Shown: positions 25,216-38,782, numbered from the whole stretch's first letter. The stretch is DNA of 63,776 nt, filler included, from Octopus bimaculoides (GCF_001194135.2; 3 parts of 3 records of this genome joined end to end with filler, not necessarily neighbours in it); one strand, 5' to 3'. Notes: generated by a model not told the origin, from the sequence alone. Numbers and translations are program-made.

Positions 25216-26631
25216 ACAGCAGCCTTGTACTAATATCAACAATGCCGTCATAAAACCATCTTTGTCAATGCTATCACTGTTATATTTCTCTTGCGTCATA
25301 TACTACGACTGCTGTTAAATTTCCTAACGCAAAAATAATGGACATTGTGTTCAATGATAAAATATTAAAACTTTGCAAATGAGAAGCCTCAAAAATTCAC
25401 ATAAACTGCACTGATGATCCTTTGAAGAATTATGATATGTCAAAATTTATAAGCAGAATTCATTTTATAGATGCATGAATAATCTATCTATCTATCTATC
25501 GACACTCACATGTATGTACACATACATACATATGTATATATANNNNNNNNNNNNNNNNNNNNNNNNNNNNNNNNNNNNNNNNNNNNNNNNNNNNNNNNNN
25601 NNNNNNNNNNNNNNNNNNNNNNNNNNNNNNNNNNNNNNNNNNNNNNNNNNNNNNNNNNNNNNNNNNNNNNNNNNNNNNNNNNNNNNNNNNNNNNNNNNNN
25701 NNNNNNNNNNNNNNNNNNNNNNNNNNNNNNNNNNNNNNNNNNNNNNNNNNNNNNNNNNNNNNNNNNNNNNNNNNNNNNNNNNNNNNNNNNNNNNNNNNNN
25801 NNNNNNNNNNNNNNNNNNNNNNNNNNNNNNNNNNNNNNNNNNNNNNNNNNNNNNNNNNNNNNNNNNNNNNNNNNNNNNNNNNNNNNNNNNNNNNNNNNNN
25901 NNNNNNNNNNNNNNNNNNNNNNNNNNNNNNNNNNNNNNNNNNNNNNNNNNNNNNNNNNNNNNNNNNNNNNNNNNNNNNNNNNNNNNNNNNNNNNNNNNNN
26001 NNNNNNNNNNNNNNNNNNNNNNNNNNNNNNNNNNNNNNNNNNNNNNNNNNNNNNNNNNNNNNNNNNNNNNNNNNNNNNNNNNNNNNNNNNNNNNNNNNNN
26101 NNNNNNNNNNNNNNNNNNNNNNNNNNNNNNNNNNNNNNNNNNNNNNNNNNNNNNNNNNNNNNNNNNNNNNNNNNNNNNNNNNNNNNNNNNNNNNNNNNNN
26201 NNNNNNNNNNNNNNNNNNNNNNNNNNNNNNNNNNNNNNNNNNNNNNNNNNNNNNNNNNNNNNNNNNNNNNNNNNNNNNNNNNNNNNNNNNNNATATATAT
26301 ATCAATACAGATGTACATAGTTATGGTTAAAATCCAAGCTGTGTTCTCTTAATGCATATCTCCTTATTCCAATTCTGTTTGTAATTGTTATATTATAAGT
26401 GAGATGCACTCTAGAAATGAATATTCTGGAAATATTCTTTAAAGAATAATTATATATCAAAACGTGAGGTTGGGAAATATTTTAGCATTGGTTTTAGCAT
26501 GAACTAATTATTTGACTCTCTGTCAGACATGCTTATCCCACGTGTACAATTTTATAATTCCTATTAGCGAGTGAAACATGTGTAATGGTGACTAAATAAT
26601 GTCAACGAAGTTTCCCAACACATTGTTTTCA

Positions 26632-26662
<31 letters not shown>

Positions 26663-26743
26663 TTATATATACGCACACATATACACACATATAATATATG
26701 CATATATGTTTATATATTTAAATATATACCTATACAAGCACAC

Positions 26744-26779
<36 letters not shown>

Positions 26780-26835
26780 CTTTACTTTGTTATATATATA
26801 TATGTGCATATATATATATTACATATACACTTTGT

Positions 26836-26873
<38 letters not shown>

Positions 26874-27256
26874 CACACTTATATATATATATATATATAN
26901 NNNNNNNNNNNNNNNNNNNNNNNNNNNNNNNNNNNNNNNNNNNNNNNNNNNNNNNNNNNNNNNNNNNNNNNNNNNNNNNNNNNNNNNNNNNNNNNNNNNN
27001 NNNNNNNNNNNNNNNNNNNNNNNNNNNNNNNNNNNNNNNNNNNNNNNNNNNNNNNNNNNNNNNNNNNNNNNNNNNNNNNNNNNNNNNNNNNNNNNNNNNN
27101 NNNNNNNNNNNNNNNNNNNNNNNNNNNNNNNNNNNNNNNNNNNNNNNNNNNNNNNNNNNNNNNNNNNNNNNNNNNNNNNNNNNNNNNNNNNNNNNNNNNN
27201 NNNNNNNNNNNNNNNNNNNNNNNNNNNNNNNNNNNNNNNNNNNNNNNNNNNNNNNN

Positions 27257-27300
<44 letters not shown>

Positions 27301-27328
27301 GCACATACATCATAATACATACACGTTT

Positions 27329-27532
27329 CTTTTATTCCTTTACTTGTTTCAGTCATTTGACTGCGGCCATGCTGGAGCACCACCTTTAGTCGAAGAAATC
27401 ACCCTAGGACTTATTCTTTGTAAGCCCAGTACTCATTCTACCGGTCTCTTTTGCCGAACCGCTAATTTACGGGTACGTAAACACACCGACATCGTTTGTC
27501 AAGCGATGGANNNNNNNNNNGGGGGGGGTCAA

Positions 27533-27569
<37 letters not shown>

Positions 27570-27655
27570 CGTCGGGCACAAGTTTTTGGTCGGCCCGAGG
27601 CTATTGTAGAAGAAAATTGCTCAAGGTGCCACGCAGTGGGACTGAACCTGATTCA
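27329..27655 (-). mobile_element. SINE family B with internal (CA)n(TA)n and partial deletion
   Basis: Matches the 8921-9258 copy. Confidence 0.9.
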
Positions 27656-27749
27656 TATGTATACATGTATGTGCAAACACAGGTGTGTTTATAGGTGTGG
27701 GAAGGAATGCATATAATATATAGCACTCGAAACTGATGCTCGTTCTTAC

Positions 27750-27941
27750 TTGAATTACTCGGAAATAACAGACGAATCTTTCTCGAAAAGTGGCTAAATC
27801 TAGAAGTTTTATTGGATAACGTCGCCCAATCCTCTGTATACAAAAATGAACGAATGGTCGTGGCTGGAAGGGAATACATCAATAAGATTTGGCCGGGAGC
27901 ACTATTAATGAAGCACACGCTATACCCAGTCACCTTATATA
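27750..27941 (-). promoter_or_regulatory. Candidate TATA/Inr core promoter and first exon
   Basis: Minus strand: TATATAAG (27941-27934), TCATTA Inr-like with A 32 nt downstream (27909), ATG at 27879 open to CAA|GTAAGA donor at 27750. Confidence 0.2.
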
Positions 27942-28258
27942 TTGCGTCGTTGTTGACATAAAGGTTAGCTTCCCTGAAGTTGCATTGAAGTGAGTGACAG
28001 CACTGAGTGATGCATTTGTGTGTGTGTGAGACGCATGTGAAAATTCCATCTTTAAACTGCAGCAAGTAAGATATATAGAATATATTATTATACACACACA
28101 CACACACCATATTTACACATATGGCTAGATATACATTGTGTATGTATGTATGTATATATATATATATAATGATGAGTGCGTAAGGGATGGAAATACAAGT
28201 TAATTTCTAAGTCGGAATTTCATTGATTATTATATTCCATGCACAATCATACAAACTC

Positions 28259-28309
<51 letters not shown>

Positions 28310-29087
28310 AAGAGAAAGATACAGACAGACAGACAGATAGAGAAAGATAGATAGATAGATATCACTCGAGCACATCCGATATACATTTTGCGAATAATTA
28401 TAGATCCAGTAGTTTTGTGTAAAGTAGATGAGACATATTTTCTTATATCTGGCTTTTGGATGTGGACCTATGAAAAGTAACACTGTCTCTAGTAGCTCTA
28501 GTAATAATGTAGTTTTGTCTCATACTAATATAATCATAATTTTAGTTGTTAATCATTGTGTTGGCTCAGGACAATGGCTCAGTATTATCTCATTGTGCTT
28601 GCTGTGAAGTTTGAACTCAGATGCCACGGAGAGTTTAGTTATAAGTAAAAATATGTTATCTCCATAAATTAGATAGCATTAATTAGATATATTATATATA
28701 GGCTTAAAACGGATAAGTATTTACCTTAATATTTGCACAATGTTTAAATAAATCTAAAATGTATGCATATGTACACTATTTACAATACATAGGGTAGTCA
28801 GCATCTGTATATTATTTATGTAAAAAGCCTTTTGTAGATGTAACAGTGCAACAGGCATTATATTGACAGAAAATGTAAAACAGACATAATATATAACATA
28901 ACATATATAGATATAAGATCTTTTACTAATTTAAGCAATAAACTTATATAATGTATTCATATAAAACTGTAATGCACAGTTTAGATGAACGTTTGAGAAA
29001 CATATTTATATATATATATATATATATATATAGTTAAGAAAAGTGAATATAGTTAGAAAAGGCAGAGATGTCTATGAAAGAGAATTA

Positions 29088-29270
29088 TTTTGTTTGTTCA
29101 GTCATTTAACTGTGGCCATGCTGGAGCACTGCCTTTAGTCGAGCAAATCGACCTCAGGACTTATTCTTTGTAAGTCTATTACTTATTCTATCGGTCTCTT
29201 TTGCCGAACCGCTAAGGTTACGGAGACGTAAACACACGAGCATCGGTTGTCAAGCAATGTTGGCGGGACG
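29088..29270 (-). mobile_element. SINE family B 3' domain
   Basis: ttcagtcatttaactgtggccatgctggagcac...gttgtcaagcaatgttggcgggac. Confidence 0.9.
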
Positions 29271-29559
29271 TATCCATCTTTTCAAATGTTAGAAATAATC
29301 TTTCGGAGGACTCAGAGGTGGGGAAAAAAAAATTTTGTGGTGTTTGACAGTTTATGCCCATATCTGAGTTCTGACCCCACTAAAAATTATTTCTAACATT
29401 TCTAATATTTGATAAGATGGATACATCAAAACCGGTTATATTTTAATTAAACATTCTCTAAAATATACTTTTGTGCCTTTTCCAACTTTATTTGCTTTTT
29501 CTTTTAAACTATAATTTTTGATTTGTATGCACTCTTAATCACTTTTTACCTCAGTTTGT

Positions 29560-29569
<10 letters not shown>

Positions 29570-29592
<23 letters not shown>

Positions 29593-29593
29593 G

Positions 29594-29629
<36 letters not shown>

Positions 29630-30044
29630 NNNNNNNNNNNNNNNNNNNNNNNNNNNNNNNNNNNNNNNNNNNNNNNNNNNNNNNNNNNNNNNNNNNNNNN
29701 NNNNNNNNNNNNNNNNNNNNNNNNNNNNNNNNNNNNNNNNNNNNNNNNNNNNNNNNNNNNNNNNNNNNNNNNNNNNNNNNNNNNNNNNNNNNNNNNNNNN
29801 NNNNNNNNNNNNNNNNNNNNNNNNNNNNNNNNNNNNNNNNNNNNNNNNNNNNNNNNNNNNNNNNNNNNNNNNNNNNNNNNNNNNNNNNNNNNNNNNNNNN
29901 NNNNNNNNNNNNNNNNNNNNNNNNNNNNNNNNNNNNNNNNNNNNNNNNNNNNNNNNNNNNNNNNNNNNNNNNNNNNNNNNNNNNNNNNNNNNNNNNNNNN
30001 NNNNNNNNNNNNNNNNNNNNNNNNNNNNNNNNNNNNNNNNTATA

Positions 30045-30080
<36 letters not shown>

Positions 30081-30135
30081 CAGGGTACTATATATATATA
30101 TATATATACAGGGTACTATATATATATATATACAT
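29570..30135. repeat. CAGGGTAC(TA)n minisatellite spanning a gap
   Basis: Unit start at 29590, 30081 and 30109. Confidence 0.8.
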
Positions 30136-30665
30136 CTATATATTGTACAGATACAAACTATCTCAATTGTTTTACTTACAGGGAACCTTTGTAAAAGCAG
30201 ATACTTCGGAGTATAGATGTAAGGTATGAAAAGGGATACGATTTTTCAAATAATATAACAGATATTAATATAGGTATACAGGGAATACTTATTTTCTTGA
30301 TAAGAAGAGATACCTTAAATTATATTTCGGAACGTATAGGTAGTTATAGGCAATTAAGGGACCCTATGTAGAAGCTGTCGCAGTTTATAGACAAATGGAA
30401 AAGGCATTGATATTAATGCATAAATGAATGGTTTACGAAAGAATAAGTTTAGAGCGGATGAGATGATATTCATGCCTTTTTATCTAAGAGATAAAAATAA
30501 AATTCAAAAGTGAAAGTGAAAGTAAAGCAACTGGAAAATTAGATGCATAACATAAATAAACATAGACCCAGAGTACACACACATATATACTGATATACAT
30601 ATACATATATTACATATGTATTCAGTGGTTCGTCTGAATGAGTGGCTACTCAGTATGTGTTTATG

Positions 30666-30723
<58 letters not shown>

Positions 30724-31155
30724 NNNNNNNNNNNNNNNNNNNNNNNNNNNNNNNNNNNNNNNNNNNNNNNNNNNNNNNNNNNNNNNNNNNNNNNNNNNNN
30801 NNNNNNNNNNNNNNNNNNNNNNNNNNNNNNNNNNNNNNNNNNNNNNNNNNNNNNNNNNNNNNNNNNNNNNNNNNNNNNNNNNNNNNNNNNNNNNNNNNNN
30901 NNNNNNNNNNNNNNNNNNNNNNNNNNNNNNNNNNNNNNNNNNNNNNNNNNNNNNNNNNNNNNNNNNNNNNNNNNNNNNNNNNNNNNNNNNNNNNNNNNNN
31001 NNNNNNNNNNNNNNNNNNNNNNNNNNNNNNNNNNNNNNNNNNNNNNNNNNNNNNNNNNNNNNNNNNNNNNNNNNNNNNNNNNNNNNNNNNNNNNNNNNNN
31101 NNNNNNNNNNNNNNNNNNNNNNNNNNNNNNNNTATATATATATATATATATATAT

Positions 31156-31198
<43 letters not shown>

Positions 31199-31670
31199 GT
31201 GCACGCACAGAGTGCGAGAGAGGGGAGAAAAGAAAGAGAGAGAAAGAAAGGGAGACATACAGGCAATCAGCCAAACAGAAAACTTGCTACAATTACAGAT
31301 GCGGTAGATCTGTCTCTATACAGGATTTGTCAGTTCACATTGAGCAGATCTAGACAGATGCAGTATTGTTAAGGGGCTGCCATGTTGATAAAGTGAGAGG
31401 CGGAGGTGTAAAAACTGAGAGACATTTGTTTAGAAGGTTAACTTGTTCAGTTGTGCCACAAAAGATTTTTATGGTTCCGGTGTTGAGACGTAGCAACACA
31501 GTTTCAAATCTTAGTGAGCTTGATTTTATTTTTTTTTATTCTTACGACGGTAATAATTTTTGCTGAGAATGAAATTTAAAAAAAATAGTAAAACGTTTGA
31601 AATATAAGTCTTTTTTTTAATATAGACTTTTGTGCTTCATACAATTATCATCATCATTATTATTATTATC

Positions 31671-31892
31671 AAGGCAGCGAGCTGGCAGAATCGTAAGCAC
31701 GCCGGGCGAAATGATTAGCGGTATTTGGTCTGTCGTCACGTTCTGAGTTCAAATACCACCGAGGCCGACTTTGCCTTTCATTCCTTCGGGGTTCGATAAA
31801 TTGAGTACCAGTGAGACACTGGCGTCGACGTGATCAACTTGTCCCTTCCCTTTCTAAAATTTCAGGCCTTGTGCCTATAGTAGAAAGGATCA
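31671..31892 (+). mobile_element. SINE family A, short tail
   Basis: Full head to (ATT)n tail. Confidence 0.92.
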
Positions 31893-31907
31893 TTATTATT
31901 ATTATAG

Positions 31908-32108
31908 AAGGCGGCGAGCTAGTTGAATCGTTAGCACGGCGAGTAAAATGCTTAGCGGCTTTTCGTTTGTTCTTTATACTCTGTGTTTAAATCCCGCTGT
32001 CATCCTTCCGGTGTCGATAAAATAAGCACCAGTTGATCACTAGGGTCGACATAATCGATTCACCCCTTCCTCCACTATCTTGCTGGCCTTCTGGCCAACA
32101 AAGAAAAT
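31908..32108 (+). mobile_element. SINE family A, short tail, internal deletion
   Basis: aaggcggcgagctagttgaatcgttagcac...; directly follows the (ATT)n tail of the previous copy. Confidence 0.88.
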
Positions 32109-32139
32109 CATTATTATTATTATTATTTTGTGTAATGTA

Positions 32140-32350
32140 TGGTAGGGTCATTAGGGTACGCAGCAAAACACCTTGTAGTATTTTGTTAACATTCTGAGTT
32201 CAAAATCTCGCCGAGATGATCTTTACCTTTCATGACACCGAAGTCTATAAAATGACGTCACAACCAATTTTGGGGGTCGGTATAACTGACAAGACTTCTT
32301 TTAAGACGCCTTCCCTTAAACATATTATTGGCCTTGGGCTTATGTCAGAG
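32140..32350 (+). mobile_element. SINE family A, old degenerate copy
   Basis: ttctgagttcaaaatctcgccgag..ctttacctttcat..gggggtcgg..ggccttgggctt. Confidence 0.65.
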
Positions 32351-32520
32351 TCACGGTATGAATGTCTTGCGGTATTCGTTCCCGTCCAGGTTATCTTTGC
32401 TTTTAATCCTCACGGGAATGGTAAATTAAAGCACATGTCAATTACTGGTGTCACATGAGTCGGCTAATTTTCCACAAAAATTACCTGTACCTAAATTAGG
32501 AATAATCATTCCCGTTGGTA

Positions 32521-32806
32521 TATTCTTTTCTTCTCTAGGCACAAGGCCCGAAATTTTGGAGGAGGGGGCCAGTCGATTAGATCGACCCCAGTACGCAACT
32601 GGTACTTAATTTATCGACCCCGAAAGGATGCAAGGCAAAGTCGACCTCGGCGGAATTTGAACTCAGAACGTAAAGACAGACGAAATATCACTAAGCATTT
32701 CGCCAAGCGTGCTAATGTTTCTTATTTCTTTATTGCCCACGAGGGGCTAAACGTAGAGGGGACAAACAAGGACAGATAAAGGGATTAAGTCGATTACATT
32801 GACTCC
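32521..32806 (-). mobile_element. SINE family A dimer (long-tail monomer then short-tail monomer), cut by gap
   Basis: Minus-strand junction gtgggcaataaagaaata|agaaacattagcacg, same as at 20710. Confidence 0.9.
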
Positions 32807-33251
32807 NNNNNNNNNNNNNNNNNNNNNNNNNNNNNNNNNNNNNNNNNNNNNNNNNNNNNNNNNNNNNNNNNNNNNNNNNNNNNNNNNNNNNNNNNNNNNN
32901 NNNNNNATATGGAATATTCATGCCTTTCTCATTAGCAGCCTAACAGATGTGAAATGATATGATAAAGAATAAGCGAACTTAATATCTAACGCATATATAT
33001 TACGCATCTAAATATATTGATTCCGTCAAATGTTTGGCGCCGAGCCATAAACAACGCATTTAGCGATATGGTAGATGAAATCGTCCCCATTATTTGACTG
33101 GTACTAATTTTATCGACCCGGAAAAGGAAAAACAATGAAATTTTTATTTCAGACTCAAAATAGCATATATAAACAAAACACTGTAAGCTAATTAATCGGG
33201 GACTTTATCATATTAAGCATTAGTTCCTGCAAATAAGAATAAACGGTAATT

Positions 33252-33428
33252 CTTTCTAGTTTTGGCACAGCGTCAGGAATTTTGAGGAATGGGAACGTCG
33301 GTTACATAGAGCAAAGCACTCAACTGGTACTTATTTTATCGAAGCATTTGAACTCAGAACGTAAAACCGTAAGAAATGCCGAAAGAAATTTTGTTTGATG
33401 AGGTAACGATTCTGCCTGGGGTGCCGCC
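33252..33428 (-). mobile_element. SINE family A, internally deleted
   Basis: actggtacttattttatcga..atttgaactcagaacgtaaa..aacgattctgcc..gccgcc. Confidence 0.8.
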
Positions 33429-33471
<43 letters not shown>

Positions 33472-33489
33472 TAATAATAGCAATAACAA

Positions 33490-33701
33490 TCCTTTCTACT
33501 AAAAGCATAAGGCCTGAAATTTGTAGGGATGGATTAAGTCAGTTACATCGACCCCAATGTTTCACTGGTACTTAATTCATCGACCCTGAAAGGATGACAG
33601 GCAAAGTCGACCTCGGTGGAATTTGAACTCGGAACGTGAAGACGGTCGATATGCCGCTAAGCATCTCACACAGCGTGCTAACGATTCTGTCAGCTCGCCT
33701 C

Positions 33702-33703
<2 letters not shown>
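33490..33703 (-). mobile_element. SINE family A, short tail, between (AAT)n tracts
   Basis: Full-length reverse complement. Confidence 0.92.
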
Positions 33704-33743
<40 letters not shown>

Positions 33744-33964
33744 CAATAATAATGATGATAATAATAATAAAAAGGTATCTTTCAATTTACTCCCTATCGA
33801 AGTAAGGAATCACTGGATTATGTAGTTTTAAATACACCTGTGTTTAAAGGCATAATAAAGGCAAATACCTGTCAGAAACCACAGTTATGCTTTAGGCTTT
33901 AGGTCCAAACTTTAATTAATCAGAGGTAACATGGGGCTAAGCAACAAGTGTGATCCACACACGC

Positions 33965-33991
33965 CCATGCATACATATATACATACATATA

Positions 33992-34039
<48 letters not shown>

Positions 34040-34295
34040 TACATATATACATATACACATATATACATATATACATATATACATATATACATATATATAT
34101 ATACATATATACATACATATATATACATATATACATACATATATATACATATATACATACATATATATACATATATACATACATATATACAGATTTACGT
34201 ATATACATACATACTCTGGTTCTCTCACATACATACATGCGTTTATTCTCTCTCACTCTCTCTCACACACACACACACACATACATACATACATG
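33965..34295. repeat. (ATAC/AT)n compound microsatellite
   Basis: Directly visible. Confidence 0.95.
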
Positions 34296-34694
34296 AATGT
34301 ACAAACATACACACGCACACTTCTAATCCTCCAAATACAAATATATCGTGCATATGTACATCTGATCCATATATATGAAATTTAAAATTTTTTCAAACAT
34401 ATTCCATAATTGAAAAATAAAGAAAACAATGAAAATAATGAATATCTTAATTCACAAAAAAAAATGCAAAAATAAAAAAAAAACGTCATTAAAGAACTAA
34501 AAAAAATTTGAGTTAATGAGGAAGTTTCATATAATGCGAAGAAAATAGCAAAGTAAATCACCTTCAATCATATTCTACAACATATATGTATATACATACA
34601 CACACATTTACATACAGGCACGGACGTTTGTAAATATATACCTGGTAAAAATATAATTTGCCTCAGTGCCTTCAGGCAAGTTAGATATATATGC

Positions 34695-34727
<33 letters not shown>

Positions 34728-34745
34728 TATATGCATGCATGCATG

Positions 34746-34785
<40 letters not shown>

Positions 34786-34968
34786 CATACATACATTCAT
34801 ACATACGTATATACATATATACATACACATATATATATGAACACAAGTGAGGTTCAAAATTAACAACAGCTGTTTCTGCGGCTTTTTATTGATTACTGTA
34901 ATTGTTCAATTTATCTATCTATCTATCTATCTAATATAAAAATACATACATGCACGTATATATATATC

Positions 34969-35010
<42 letters not shown>

Positions 35011-36063
35011 NNNNNNNNNNNNNNNNNNNNNNNNNNNNNNNNNNNNNNNNNNNNNNNNNNNNNNNNNNNNNNNNNNNNNNNNNNNNNNNNNNNNNNNNNN
35101 NNNNNNNNNNNNNNNNNNNNNNNNNNNNNNNNNNNNNNNNNNNNNNNNNNNNNNNNNNNNNNNNNNNNNNNNNNNNNNNNNNNNNNNNNNNNNNNNNNNN
35201 NNNNNNNNNNNNNNNNNNNNNNNNNNNNNNNNNNNNNNNNNNNNNNNNNNNNNNNNNNNNNNNNNNNNNNNNNNNNNNNNNNNNNNNNNNNNNNNNNNNN
35301 NNNNNNNNNNNNNNNNNNNNNNNNNNNNNNNNNNNNNNNNNNNNNNNNNNNNNNNNNNNNNNNNNNNNNNNNNNNNNNNNNNNNNNNNNNNNNNNNNNNN
35401 NNNNNNNNNNNNNNNNNNNNNNNNNNNNNNNNNNNNNNNNNNNNNNNNNNNNNNNNNNNNNNNNNNNNNNNNNNNNNNNNNNNNNNNNNNNNNNNNNNNN
35501 NNNNNNNNNNNNNNNNNNNNNNNNNNNNNNNNNNNNNNNNNNNNNNNNNNNNNNNNNNNNNNNNNNNNNNNNNNNNNNNNNNNNNNNNNNNNNNNNNNNN
35601 NNNNNNNNNNNNNNNNNNNNNNNNNNNNNNNNNNNNNNNNNNNNNNNNNNNNNNNNNNNNNNNNNNNNNNNNNNNNNNNNNNNNNNNNNNNNNNNNNNNN
35701 NNNNNNNNNNNNNNNNNNNNNNNNNNNNNNNNNNNNNNNNNNNNNNNNNNNNNNNNNNNNNNNNNNNNNNNNNNNNNNNNNNNNNNNNNNNNNNNNNNNN
35801 NNNNNNNNNNNNNNNNNNNNNNNNNNNNNNNNNNNNNNNNNNNNNNNNNNNNNNNNNNNNNNNNNNNNNNNNNNNNNNNNNNNNNNNNNNNNNNNNNNNN
35901 NNNNNNNNNTAAGCAGATTCCTCAGGCAATCTCATCCAATGATAATCAATTTTATTGGTCCCTAAAAACGTGTGACATTTCAACGCTGAGTGATCTTTTA
36001 CAGTTAAGAAAAACTTTGGTCACACTAGTGGTTAGGGCAGAATATTTTCTTGGGGTGTAGCGA

Positions 36064-36104
<41 letters not shown>

Positions 36105-36139
36105 GCGAGCAATATTAAGCAGACTCGTCCGGCAATCTT

Positions 36140-36285
36140 ACCCAGTGAAAATCAATTTTACGCCCCCGATGCTAGACTGGGTTTTCATTTTCTCGAGTTC
36201 AAAGTAACCAAAGACAAAGCTAACTTCTGTGAGATTTGAACTTAAACCTAAATACAACCCTAACGATTCTGCAATCCGCCACTTT
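36140..36285 (-). mobile_element. SINE family A, highly degenerate
   Basis: gagatttgaactt...ctaacgattctgcaatccgcc. Confidence 0.45.
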
Positions 36286-36554
36286 CCTCTGACACTACTC
36301 ATAACTTTTTTTTTTTTTGTTAATTTTTACTTTGAACAAAATATTTCATAAACTAAATCTCTATAAGATTTGAATTTAGATCTCAAAAGTATAAGAAAGA
36401 ATAAATAAATTGCAAAAGAGAAGAAAGAAAACTTTGATAAAATCTGCCCGGGACAAGATATTTAGAGGACAAAATTTCATAATTCTAAGCTAAAATCCGT
36501 AGAATCTAAGTTTGGGAATTTGACTGCGTGAATAGAAATAATATCAATTACTGT

Positions 36555-36712
36555 TTGTATCTTTTATCTTTTTCGTATTTCAGTCATTAAGCAGCGGCCA
36601 TGCTGGGGTACCACCTTCAAGAATTTTGGTCGAATGAATCGACCACATTTCTGAACCCAGAATTATGTGTTTGGGAAGCAAACTTCTTCCCACACAGCCA
36701 GGCCTGCACCTA
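36555..36712 (-). mobile_element. SINE family B-related, 3' domain fused to head (internal deletion)
   Basis: ttcagtcattaagcagcggccatgctggggtaccacc..gtcgaatgaatcgac..|ctgaacccagaattatgtgtttgggaagcaaacttctt. Confidence 0.7.
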
Positions 36713-37214
36713 TGTTTAGGTACTATAAAAAAAAAACACTAAAAAATTCTGAGGATTCAGATGAGAAATCTGACTTTTCGGTCCTTCAAAGGAAGCAGGG
36801 CTTCTACCAACATATGAGAATTAATTAAACACATTTAAATTTAATCATTTTGATTAAATTATCTCCAGGATAGATTCTAGAAATTGACACGGTCAGGCTA
36901 TTTTGTAGAAAATAGAATTATGAAAATTTGACACATCGGAGAATGGAACGTAAACTAGACTCCGCAAGAATTTGCCTAAAAATTGTAGCAAGTCTAAATC
37001 ATATATTCATAATAATAATAATAATAATAATTAGGAAGGGTGTGCAGTTAGAGTAAGACGAACAATATTAATCGACCCCTTGAAGGTTGAAAACTTAAGT
37101 TGCTTTTCACGGGGATTGGTCTAATTTCTTTATCAAGAGACTAGTTTTAAAAAATTTGCATTTAAAAAATCATAATTGTTTTTATCATATTATACTCTGC
37201 CCATGCCAAACTCT

Positions 37215-37380
37215 AGTGGTCACCACCGTGTCTTTTTCTTTAAGGATAGTGTACTGAGGAATTAAACATCTAAAATGTAATTCCTTTGATGAGACACTGT
37301 CTAGAGCTTTGAATAGAGACGAGATTTTGTTACTATTTCTAGCAGTTTCAGCAGCCGTTTAGCGAGGGCTTTCTTGCCTC
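37215..37380 (-). mobile_element. Interspersed repeat family D fragment
   Basis: gagattttgttactatttctagcag shared with copies at 61.2-61.8 kb and 62.2 kb. Confidence 0.5.
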
Positions 37381-37487
37381 TGTCTGTGAGTTGTAATCAT
37401 GTTCTATATAAGGAATTATTTCAAAAGGCGAAACAATACTGACTATATTAATAAGGCACATTTACAGAATTAAAATGATGTATTTTG

Positions 37488-37605
37488 TACGACTTCAACT
37501 TTCATCGGTGTCGATAAAATAAGTACCAGTTGAATACTGCGGTTGATGTCATCGACCAGTCCCATCCCCAAAGATTCTAACCCTGTGCCAAAATTTGAAA
37601 CCAAT
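37488..37605 (+). mobile_element. SINE family A 3' half
   Basis: gtcgataaaataagtaccagttgaatactgcggttgatgtcatcgacc. Confidence 0.75.
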
Positions 37606-37614
37606 ATATATATG

Positions 37615-37663
<49 letters not shown>

Positions 37664-37737
37664 NNNNNNNNNNNNNNNNNNNNNNNNNNNNNNNNNNNNN
37701 NNNNNNNNNNNNNNNNNNNNNNNNNNNNNNNNNNNNN

Positions 37738-37915
<178 letters not shown>

Positions 37916-38733
37916 AAGGGAAGAGGAGTAGACAAGCCAAATAACTACCCCTTAGGACAGACATTTAGTTTAGCTCGTGACAACCAAATTCATTAGCTTA
38001 CAATTGTTTCTGCTACAAAATACGATGCACTCTTATTTGAGTACTCGTGTATCCCCCTCTAGCTTCATCGGAGTTTCAAAAATAAAGCGCGTTTTTATTT
38101 GGAAATGCATTTATATACATACATACATACATACATACATACATACAGCATTACCATTAAGTAAAGAACAAGTACATGTAGTAAAAGACTTAAGGATTTG
38201 GAAGAAAAGACTTAAAATAACGAAACGGCCTATGAATTTATTTTCTAAGGATCACATCTGGTGGGATAGGCTTTTATTAGTAAGATAAAAGTTCCTGCTC
38301 AAATCTAGCTTATCCCAAACAAACACGAAGAGTGTTTTAGTACCGAAAGCTGAAATAATGTACCAAACTATTCTCACAGAATGTCATTTTATTTTTGCAT
38401 AAACAAATGTTTATGCTTCCATTTTTATGTTTCTTAACTTTTTGCTGAGAGAAAGAAATGAAAGGTTTCTTTTTCAACTTTTATGGGAGTAACAGACTTT
38501 GTGCCACAGGCAAGTGAACAGAAATGCAGCGGTGGAATGGGGCTTTACCCTGTTTTTAAATATGTGCTGTTTGTGGATTTAGACCCAGGAAGGCTGGAGT
38601 CTATAAGCCAGGAAGCAATGCGGTCATAAGCACAGAATTCATACACACACACACACACACATATATATATGTATATACTAACGTATATACCTCAAATCTT
38701 ATATAATAAACATATGCAGTTATAAACGTGCGC

Positions 38734-38782
<49 letters not shown>

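Noticed and set aside
31671-33703. Repeat-spacer appearance (CRISPR-like) of the SINE stacks
   Set aside because: Units are ~200-bp diverged SINEs separated by microsatellites; eukaryotic context, no cas genes
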